Source: Candidatus Heimdallarchaeota archaeon
GTDB lineage: Archaea > Asgardarchaeota > Heimdallarchaeia > Heimdallarchaeales > Heimdallarchaeaceae
DNA length: 32,000 nt
Assembly (NCBI GenBank): GCA_023705985.1
Contig: BPTO01000004.1
Coordinates: 4,275-36,274 of the forward strand
Direction: 5' to 3'
Below, one piece after another: positions 25,180 through 32,000 of this stretch (the first letter of the stretch is position 1; each line of letters opens with the position of its first letter). Under the pieces are notes generated by a model that worked only from the letters and a program-made list of their open reading frames with translations, searched no databases and had not been told where the DNA came from. The translations under genes and the position numbers were made by a program.

Positions 25180-27018
25180 TTAACTTATATTGGGCTTTTT
25201 CATACGTTTTCGAGAGATTATCCATGTGAGTAGTAAAGGAACAAAAGATATTAGGAGAATTAGTGTAGGAAGTATTTGATATTCACCTATAGTATATTCA
25301 GCAGGTTCATCAAGAGGGTAAGGGTCGACTGAACCAGCATCACCAGCAATAGAATAATTGCCAGTTCCTAACCAATCAGACCAGTAATTACCTTCATTGG
25401 TGTTTAAGTCATACCAGATGTTATTTGTTCCATTATCGATTGCTTGTGAAGTACCTCCTAGATTATTGTCTATGAAAGTATTATGATGAATGGAATTACC
25501 TTCAGAATAACTAGCTATTTTTATTCCATAATCTTCATTTTCTTGCAAAAGATTGTAAGTTATAAGGCAATAATAAGCACCACCCAAATAGATACCACTA
25601 TCATTGTTGTTATTACAAGTGTTGTTGGAAACAGTAGAATTACCAGAACCAGCAAGAAAGATGCCATCATTGTTGTTATTACAAGTGTTGTTGATAAGAG
25701 TGGCATCAGAATCTGTCAGATAGATGCCACTATCATTGTTGTTATTACAAGTGTTATTTGTTAGAGTACCTCCATCAATATTCCACAGCCAGATACCATC
25801 AAAGTTATTGCTTGTACAAGTGTTGTTTGTAAGTGTGCCACCAGAAAAATAATACAGCAAGATACCATGAAAGTCATTGCTTGTACAAGTGTTGTTGATA
25901 AGAGTAATATCAGAAGAATCTGCTATTATGATTCCACTATCTTTGTTGTTGTTACAAGTGTTATTAGTAAGAGTAGAACTAGGAGAATCATCCAGAAAGA
26001 TGCCTCTGTAGTTGTTATTACAACAAGTGTTATTAATAAGAGTAATACCAAGAGAATCCAAACAAAAACCATTATCGTTGTTGAAACTACAAGTGTTGTT
26101 GATAAAAGTAATACCAGAAGAATCATGAAGCCAGATACCATCATTGTTGTTGAAACTACAAGTGTTGTTGATAAGAGTAATATCAGAAGAATCCCTCAGA
26201 TAGATCCCATCGTGGTTGTTGTTTGTACTTGTATTATTAGTTAAAGTGATTTGATCACAGAAAAGGATCTTTATCGCTGTACTTGCATTTGTTATTACTT
26301 GATTTCGTACATTTAAATCTGTACAATTTACAATGAGCATTTGTCCATAGATAGAATCGGAAAAGGTTGTAGAACTGACATTAACAATAAAACCAAACAG
26401 TTTTCCATTAATCCAATTGTCCACAACTGTATAAGTGGTATATGCTTCAATGTTTGTCTCAAAGATATCTAGTCCATCATTACAAGTATTACCGATAATA
26501 ATTGCACTTGGAGAATAAACTATACGGATACCATAAGCGTTGTTTTCTATACAAGTATTATTTATAATCGTAGCACCAGAAGAACCCCATAGATTTATGC
26601 CAATGTAGTTGTTAATACAAGTATTATTTATAATCGAAGCTGTTCCTTGAGCAACATATCCAATGTAAATACCCCTGCTACCCGCATCCACATAACAGTC
26701 ACGAATAACAAAATATTTAGTTGTTCCACTGACAGATATGCCCCTGTCACTTGTTGTATTAATTTCATATCCTTCAATAATATAAGGATCAATATCTGTA
26801 CCTGAACCTAGAAAATCATAATCTGTAAAATTTTCATCAGAAATGATTTCAAAAGGTTCATGAGGAATAAGAGCTGAAAAGGAAGAATCTCTTCCATTGT
26901 ATCCATTAATTGCAGGTACAACAGTGGTTGACATTTCAAAATTAAGAGAATAGAGGAATAGTATTGTTACAACTATTCCCCCTATTATTTCTTTTGAAAG
27001 AATAGAGCTATTTTTCAT
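25180..27018 (-). CDS. secreted/membrane-anchored right-handed parallel beta-helix (PbH1) repeat protein, large paralog
   Basis: 612 aa. The N-terminal segment is hydrophobic (IIGGIVVTILFLYSL). I count 11 NNTC motifs in the translation. The C-terminus is a hydrophobic helix plus a basic tail (LILLISFVPLLLTWIISRKRMKK). It shares N- and C-terminal modules with 8608..9729. Confidence 0.8.
   Translation of the reverse strand: MKNSSILSKEIIGGIVVTILFLYSLNFEMSTTVVPAINGYNGRDSSFSALIPHEPFEIISDENFTDYDFLGSGTDIDPYIIEGYEINTTSDRGISVSGTTKYFVIRDCYVDAGSRGIYIGYVAQGTASIINNTCINNYIGINLWGSSGATIINNTCIENNAYGIRIVYSPSAIIIGNTCNDGLDIFETNIEAYTTYTVVDNWINGKLFGFIVNVSSTTFSDSIYGQMLIVNCTDLNVRNQVITNASTAIKILFCDQITLTNNTSTNNNHDGIYLRDSSDITLINNTCSFNNNDGIWLHDSSGITFINNTCSFNNDNGFCLDSLGITLINNTCCNNNYRGIFLDDSPSSTLTNNTCNNNKDSGIIIADSSDITLINNTCTSNDFHGILLYYFSGGTLTNNTCTSNNFDGIWLWNIDGGTLTNNTCNNNNDSGIYLTDSDATLINNTCNNNNDGIFLAGSGNSTVSNNTCNNNNDSGIYLGGAYYCLITYNLLQENEDYGIKIASYSEGNSIHHNTFIDNNLGGTSQAIDNGTNNIWYDLNTNEGNYWSDWLGTGNYSIAGDAGSVDPYPLDEPAEYTIGEYQILPTLILLISFVPLLLTWIISRKRMKKPNIS
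25585..26245. repeat. tandem array of roughly 66-69-nt coding repeats (beta-helix coils) with perfect long internal matches
   Basis: About ten consecutive coils of the type DSSDITLINNTCxxNNxDGIxLxD. For example, the 36-mer acaagtgttgttgataagagtaatatcagaagaatc is identical at 25885-25920 and 26158-26193. The array boundaries are approximate. Confidence 0.7.
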
Positions 27019-27255
27019 TTCTTTTCACCCGTTAGCTTAATAATAATGTACTATTATCAAAAGTAATAAACTTTCTTGTCTACTTTGTTGTAACGAAAGA
27101 ATAGATAAGAACTAAATAATAGAATCCTAAATAATTTTGTATATTAAAATCTCTCAAATTAGAGAATTTAAGGAAGAGACCATAACAATTCCAATGACAG
27201 AGAAAGTGGCTCTTCATGTTCCTATACGAAAGATGAGAGTATATAAATTTTAAAC

Positions 27256-27314
27256 AAAATACTGGAGGATTTATTGCCAAATTTAAATTTACTCCAAAGA
27301 AAATAGAAAACTAG
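27256..27314. repeat. 59-bp direct repeat, copy 2 (intergenic, 30 nt from the stop of the Arf-like gene)
   Basis: See copy 1. It retains the same reading frame and stop codon as the NSUN-like gene end but has no upstream ORF. Confidence 0.9.
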
Positions 27315-27343
27315 TAACATGATAGAAGAAAAACGTTTATATT

Positions 27344-27904
27344 TTACAATCCTTTTGATTCTAATTCGTTAATAAGCCAAATAAATGCTTCTTTAACACC
27401 CTTTCCATGTAAAATGGAACAATCAAAAACAGCAAAAGTGCGATCCTTCAAATCAAGATGAAGTCCTAACATCTGAATCAATAATGGAGCCTCAACAGCT
27501 CCAGGAAGATCCTGTTTGTTAGCTAAAATAAGAATAGGGACGTTTTCCAAGTATGGATTATTGAATACATGTGTTTTTAATACATCTCTTGCCTCTGGCA
27601 GTCTTTCGATATTCGCTGCATCCATTACAAATATTACACTCTCTGTCCCCGGATAGTGTGCTTCCCATAGGAATCTGAAATGCGATTGTCCTGCTACATC
27701 TATTGCAGTTATTGTCCATCCCTCAAATTCAAAACTTTCTATGTTCTGACCGATTGTAGGCGTTAAATTCTCTGTAAAGGTACCAAAACGCATGTAACGA
27801 GTTAAAGTTGTTTTTCCCGCAGCATCTAATCCTAAAATTAGAATCTTTGCTTTTTGTTCCTTTTTCATCTTCGTTCTTAACCATGAAGAGAATGACCCAA
27901 GCAT
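27344..27904 (-). CDS. Arf/Arl-family small GTPase
   Basis: 186 aa. G1 is ILILGLDAAGKTT, G3 is DVAGQ followed by FRFLWEAHY (compare Arf IRPLWRHYY), and G4 is NKQDLPGA. An N-terminal extension of about 20 aa (MLGSFSSWLRTKMKKEQKAK) precedes the G domain. Confidence 0.85.
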   Translation of the reverse strand: MLGSFSSWLRTKMKKEQKAKILILGLDAAGKTTLTRYMRFGTFTENLTPTIGQNIESFEFEGWTITAIDVAGQSHFRFLWEAHYPGTESVIFVMDAANIERLPEARDVLKTHVFNNPYLENVPILILANKQDLPGAVEAPLLIQMLGLHLDLKDRTFAVFDCSILHGKGVKEAFIWLINELESKGL

Positions 27905-28249
27905 ATTTTTTTCAATCCGTCGGTTATATTAATTTTCTAAAGCCGTTTTATAAGCGTTTTTATATTATTTTTCCTTTATCAAGTGATTGTTAAATTTCTC
28001 TTATTAAAGTTTTTTCAGATATGCAAAGTATCTAATATAACACCTACATGTTTCTTTAAAATATTTATTGTAAAGGTAAGTGTTAATACTATATACCTCC
28101 ACCTATAATCCTAATTTTTTTGCTGTGATTCATTTACTATTCCTTATGAAGATAAAAAAACAGATTAAAACATATCGCTAATCTAAACACTTTTAAGATA
28201 TTGTTTTGACGGAAGGATGTGATTTCACACCATATTTTGGTGATTTTTT

Positions 28250-28561
28250 ATGAGAAACCAGAAAAAGGATTACATCCCAAAAGAAATGATTTCTGATAAA
28301 AAGGTAGTTATAGGTCCTGACCACTTTACACGTTTTGAAAGAGCTCGAATTGTTGGAGCTAGAGCACTGCAACTCAGTCTGGGTGCTCCTATTCTAATCC
28401 AAGCTGAAACATTCGAAGGGAAATCTCCTCTCGTTATAGCTGAATTTGAATTACGTAGCAAAGTCTTACCTATCAGTATCAAAAGAGAAAGACCTAATAG
28501 AGACTATCAAATGATTCCAATCCAAAAATTAAGAGATATTCAAGCTCTCAGAGAATTTTGA
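28250..28561 (+). CDS. rpoK: DNA-directed RNA polymerase subunit K (Rpo6, Rpb6 homolog)
   Basis: TRFERARIVGARALQLSLGAP is the Rpb6/RpoK core motif, and the C-terminal LPISIKRERPN..IPIQKL also fits. A GGTGA lies 8 nt upstream of the ATG at 28250. An alternative ATG is at 28286. Confidence 0.8.
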   Translation: MRNQKKDYIPKEMISDKKVVIGPDHFTRFERARIVGARALQLSLGAPILIQAETFEGKSPLVIAEFELRSKVLPISIKRERPNRDYQMIPIQKLRDIQALREF

Positions 28562-28641
28562 AGATTGACGACTGAAAATTCTCATCTAGAGAAAAAATTA
28601 AATATGCACAACATTGCAAAAAGTAAATAGAAGTGACTAGG

Positions 28642-28950
28642 ATGACCAAGATACCAGAGACGATGTTTAAATACTGTCCTAAATGCGGAAAACATAAAAC
28701 AATGAAAGTGAAACAGGAGAAATCTGCTAGAAGAAAAGGTGGATTGAGCGCTACTGCAAGAAAAGAAAAACTCCGAAGGAGAGGATACGGAAACCTAGGA
28801 AAATACAGCAAACGACCAGTCACTCAAACAAAAATGGCTTCTAAAACTTCTAAAAAGGTGGATCTTCGCCTTTCTTGTCCTGATTGTGGTAAAAAATGGG
28901 TTTTGTCATACCCTAGAGCAAGACGCGTTGAAATGGTTAAGAAAGAATAG
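28642..28950 (+). CDS. rpl44e: 50S ribosomal protein L44e (eL42)
   Basis: It has the four-Cys zinc ribbon CPKCGKH...CPDCGKK and the internal RRRGYGNLGKYSKRP motif. The ATG at 28642 is preferred to the GTG at 28633. Confidence 0.85.
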   Translation: MTKIPETMFKYCPKCGKHKTMKVKQEKSARRKGGLSATARKEKLRRRGYGNLGKYSKRPVTQTKMASKTSKKVDLRLSCPDCGKKWVLSYPRARRVEMVKKE

Positions 28951-29037
28951 GTTTAGTGTCTGTTTTTCTTTATTTGATGGTTTTCTTTGAGCACACTTCA
29001 AAGACCTTAAATAATTGTCTAAATCACAAGCTAATCA

Positions 29038-30180
29038 ATGAGCATGCTTTACGAGATAGAAGGAAAACAATTATTTAAGGATAGTAAAATTCCTGTTCCT
29101 CGATTTAAAGCTTATACTGATAGTGATACTATCAAAGCTTTTGCCGAAGAACTTAACAGTAATGTAATGATGGCTAAAGGTCAAGCTCTTTCTGGAGGAA
29201 GAGGGAAAGCAGGTTTAATCAAAAAAGTGACAACTGATGAAGCTGAAGATTACATTCAGAGTATTCTTGGTCAGAACCACAAGGGAAAACCTATTGATCT
29301 TGTAATGCTTGAAGAACCATTAGAAATCGAGAAGGAATATTATCTAGCTGTTATGTTAGACAACACTTCTGGTCAGTATCTCATTCTTGCAAGTTCAAGA
29401 GGAGGAGTTGATATAGAAGATATTGCGGAAAATTACCCTGATGAGATTTTTCGAGAGACTCTACCTATCTTTACTGAACCATTTCCATATCAGTTCATGG
29501 AATTAGGAAAAAAATTGGGATTCGTAGCTCGAACATTAACACAGTTTACAAGCCTTATGACAAACATGGTTAACATGGCAATAAAGAACGATCTTACACT
29601 TATAGAAATCAATCCGTTGATTTTAACACCTGATAAAAAGATTATTGCAGCAGATTCTAAAGTAGTTATAGATGGTAATGCATACTATAGACAACCAAAG
29701 ATAGCTTCATTGAAATCTCAACGTGATAGACACACCGATTTGGAATATGAAGCTGATGAAGCTGGTATTAGTTATGTCCAACTTGATGGAGAGATAGGCA
29801 TTATCGCAGGTGGAGCAGGTTTATCCATGGCAACATGTGATCTTCTTGAGTTCTTTGGAAGTTCTCCAGCAAATTTCTTAGATGTAGGAGGAGGAGCTGG
29901 TGATATAAAGATTGAAAAATCGCTTGAAATCCTCTCAAATCAAGATATCAAAGGAATTTTCATAAATTTCTTTGCAGGTATCACTCGATGTGATGATGTT
30001 GCTCGAGGAGTTATTAATGCAACAAAAAAATTCAATATCGCTGTTCCTGTAGTAATCAGATTAGTAGGTACAAATGACAAAAGAGGCATTCAAATCTTAG
30101 ATGAAAATGGTATCAAAGCTTATGGAGAAATGGTACCTGCAGCTAAGAAGATTGTTGAATTAGTTAAAGGAGGAAATTAA
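29038..30180 (+). CDS. sucC: succinyl-CoA synthetase (ADP-forming) beta subunit
   Basis: 380 aa. The ATP-grasp N-terminus reads YEIEGKQLFKDSKIPVP...GGRGKAGLIKKV, and the C-terminal CoA-ligase domain has GIIAGGAGLSMAT and FINFFAGITRCD. Confidence 0.85.
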   Translation: MSMLYEIEGKQLFKDSKIPVPRFKAYTDSDTIKAFAEELNSNVMMAKGQALSGGRGKAGLIKKVTTDEAEDYIQSILGQNHKGKPIDLVMLEEPLEIEKEYYLAVMLDNTSGQYLILASSRGGVDIEDIAENYPDEIFRETLPIFTEPFPYQFMELGKKLGFVARTLTQFTSLMTNMVNMAIKNDLTLIEINPLILTPDKKIIAADSKVVIDGNAYYRQPKIASLKSQRDRHTDLEYEADEAGISYVQLDGEIGIIAGGAGLSMATCDLLEFFGSSPANFLDVGGGAGDIKIEKSLEILSNQDIKGIFINFFAGITRCDDVARGVINATKKFNIAVPVVIRLVGTNDKRGIQILDENGIKAYGEMVPAAKKIVELVKGGN

Positions 30181-30181
30181 A

Positions 30182-31048
30182 ATGGCTATTCTAATAGATG
30201 AAACAACTAAAGTAATTGTTCAAGGAATCACGGGAAAGCAAGGAAATTTTCATTCAAAATCTATGATAGATTATGGCACAAAAATCGTTGCAGGGGTTAC
30301 TCCAGGAAAGGGTGGTCAGGAAACTCTAGGAATTCCTGTTTTTGATTCTATGAAAGAAGCTGTAAATGACACTCAAGCACTTGCTTCTGTCATATTCATT
30401 CCATCAAAGTTTACCTATTCTGCAGCAATGGAAGCTATAGAGGCAGGTGTCCAACTTCTCACCATAATCACAGAAGGTGTTCCAGTTAAAGATACAGCTA
30501 GAATCAGACAAAAAGCTATTGATAATAATGTCATTTTAGTGGGTCCTAATTGCCCAGGACTTATTACTCCTGAAGCGAGTAAAATCGGTATCATCCCTGG
30601 TGAAATATGTTCAAAGGGCAATGTAGGTATTGTTAGTCGTAGTGGGACTTTAACTTATGAAATTATCCAAAATCTTTCAATAAATGGTTTGGGACAATCC
30701 TCATGTGTAGGGTTAGGAGGAGATCCCATTAAAGGAATAGGTTTCAATGAGTGCCTTATGATGTTTGAACAAGACCCACAAACTAAGTATATTGTTATGG
30801 TTGGAGAAATAGGTGGGACAGGAGAGCAAGAAGCTGCCAATCTAGTGAAAAAGGAGATAACTAAACCTGTATTTGGCTTTATAGCTGGTCAAACAGCTCC
30901 TCCAGGAAAACAAATGGGACATGCTGGAGCCATAGTCCACGGGAAATCAGGAACAGCTAAGGAAAAAATGAGGATTCTTGCTGAAGCAGGAATTGCTACT
31001 GCTGAAACTCCAGGTCAAATACCTTCCTTGATAGCTAACAATCTCTAA
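30182..31048 (+). CDS. sucD: succinyl-CoA synthetase alpha subunit
   Basis: 288 aa. Motifs present: VIVQGITGKQG, GPNCPG, IVSRSGTLTYE, and the phosphohistidine loop MGHAGAIV. A GGAGG lies upstream, and the ATG is 1 nt after the sucC stop. Confidence 0.9.
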   Translation: MAILIDETTKVIVQGITGKQGNFHSKSMIDYGTKIVAGVTPGKGGQETLGIPVFDSMKEAVNDTQALASVIFIPSKFTYSAAMEAIEAGVQLLTIITEGVPVKDTARIRQKAIDNNVILVGPNCPGLITPEASKIGIIPGEICSKGNVGIVSRSGTLTYEIIQNLSINGLGQSSCVGLGGDPIKGIGFNECLMMFEQDPQTKYIVMVGEIGGTGEQEAANLVKKEITKPVFGFIAGQTAPPGKQMGHAGAIVHGKSGTAKEKMRILAEAGIATAETPGQIPSLIANNL

Positions 31049-31086
31049 AATTTCTTTTATTCTTTTCTTTTTGTTTTGTTTCAATA

Positions 31087-32000
31087 TCATGTAAAAGTAA
31101 ACTCAAGGGGAGTAAAAATTTGTTCATAGGTTGCAACTGGATAATCTTGACCGAATCTTAGATGAACTTGATATGAAATGCTGATAGTGAGATTTTTCGT
31201 TTTATCAAAAAGGCTAGTAGGGAAGACAAAAGACCCACTTATATTGAAATTTCCTTCTTTTTGGTAATAAGAATTCCAAGTCATCGATGCTATAACGTTT
31301 CCTTCTTGTATTCCTTCTGCTTCAAATGCTTTTAGAACTTTATTCCATGAGCCGTCATGTTGGATATATATTTCGAAAGGTAAGAAAATAATTTCTTCAG
31401 ATGATAAATAACCTTCATTAATTTTTCCAACTTCCAAATTATAAATCCTGACAGTTGAGATATTAGGAGACTTTAAGAGGGAATCAATAACTGGAACTAA
31501 AATTATAATCAACAGAATTGAACTAACGGCTATAATTAGCTTAATTCTCTTCCTTTTATCGGTGAAAAGGCTTTTTGAACTTGCTAGAAAAGCTTTCCAT
31601 TGAGTAATGAAGAACAATTTAATAGAATCTTTACTCAATGAGAATTTCTTCGACTCTTTTGTTGCTTCAATTGTATCAGATTTAGTTTCTTCACTTTCTT
31701 CTTCTCCCTTTTTCTTATCAGGCGCAAAAAGTAAGTAAATAGCTATAATAGCAAGAAAACCAATCACAAGATATCTGAGTCCGGGATTTTCTGTTAACCA
31801 AAGGCGTACATGACCTATTTTTGGAATCATAAAAGTAGTTTTTCCTTGGACATCCTCAAACGGAATTAGGGTAGACGTATCATTATACCAATCTATATGA
31901 TTATTCCTATACAAATTATCTCCACTAACGCGATAGTAGTAATGTTCTCCATTTGAATCTTCAATTATTGTGATATTAACAACACGATGAATAATCAGCA
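31087..32000 (-). CDS. signal peptidase I (S26/Sec11-like) C-terminal catalytic segment plus a TM helix and a roughly 200-aa C-terminal extension; 5'-truncated by the window edge
   Basis: The reading frame stays open from 31914 to the window end. My manual translation gives ..IIHRVVNITIIEDSNGEHYYYRVSGDNLYRNNHIDWY.., which resembles the S26 HRV...(K/S)GDNN..xD motif. It is followed by a TM helix (YLVIGFLAIIAIYLLF), an acidic/Lys-rich linker, a second TM helix and a beta-rich domain. The ORF track's TTG at 31914 is therefore probably internal. Confidence 0.5.
   Translation of the reverse strand, partial: LIIHRVVNITIIEDSNGEHYYYRVSGDNLYRNNHIDWYNDTSTLIPFEDVQGKTTFMIPKIGHVRLWLTENPGLRYLVIGFLAIIAIYLLFAPDKKKGEEESEETKSDTIEATKESKKFSLSKDSIKLFFITQWKAFLASSKSLFTDKRKRIKLIIAVSSILLIIILVPVIDSLLKSPNISTVRIYNLEVGKINEGYLSSEEIIFLPFEIYIQHDGSWNKVLKAFEAEGIQEGNVIASMTWNSYYQKEGNFNISGSFVFPTSLFDKTKNLTISISYQVHLRFGQDYPVATYEQIFTPLEFTFT

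Noticed and set aside
25483-26244. Periodic repeats suggestive of a CRISPR-like array, plus several antisense or alternate-frame ORFs (25483..25764, 25867..26244, 25926..26144)
   Set aside because: The periodicity of about 66-69 nt is the coil repeat of the beta-helix CDS on the minus strand. The 'spacers' are as conserved as the 'repeats', and everything lies in one long ORF. The extra ORFs are repeat-induced shadows.
27080-27280. 66-aa minus-strand ORF between the beta-helix gene and the Arf-like gene
   Set aside because: It lies in the AT-rich promoter region, runs into repeat copy 2, and shows no coding signal. It is likely spurious.
27905-28249. 345-nt AT-rich intergenic region scanned for a C/D-box sRNA or other structured RNA
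   Set aside because: No convincing C (RUGAUGA) / D (CUGA) box pairs or GC-rich stems were found. It is most simply a pair of divergent promoters for the Arf-like gene and rpoK.
28270-28823. Minus-strand ORFs 28270..28482 and 28548..28823
   Set aside because: They are antisense to the well-supported rpoK and rpl44e genes and have no motifs.

Overview
This is an AT-rich, densely coding archaeal chromosome segment. The archaeal assignment rests on gatE-gatD, RNA polymerase subunit K, ribosomal protein eL42/L44e, an archaeal-type phosphopantetheine adenylyltransferase and a tRNA intron that folds as a bulge-helix-bulge. Three eukaryote-like small GTPases (two Rab/Ras-like, one Arf-like), a MEMO1-family gene and a Naa10/Ard1-like acetyltransferase suggest an Asgard (Loki/Prometheoarchaeum-like) lineage; that lineage call is inference. 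Housekeeping content also includes sucCD, a class II FBP aldolase, a TrxR-like flavoprotein and a dolichol-kinase-like membrane protein. The observations I consider most worth follow-up are these. (1) The only 5S-like locus in the window is circularly permuted. A recognisable 5S 3' half lies upstream of a near-consensus 5S 5' half, and the two helix I strands are joined by a UACG tetraloop. (2) A 1908-aa Lhr-type helicase carries about 1000 aa of extra repeated winged-helix/AlkZ-like modules and is translationally coupled to a 789-aa protein built from the same modules. (3) A 2.3-kb cassette encoding a 612-aa Cys/sequon-laddered beta-helix surface protein is bracketed by 59-bp direct repeats that duplicate the 3' end of the neighbouring gene. 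(4) A tRNA-His gene has A73 and no encoded G-1, which is the eukaryote-like configuration. (5) A PUA-NOL1/NOP2/Sun-like protein has lost the SAM loop and both catalytic cysteines. All functional calls come from motif recognition by eye; no database search was run.
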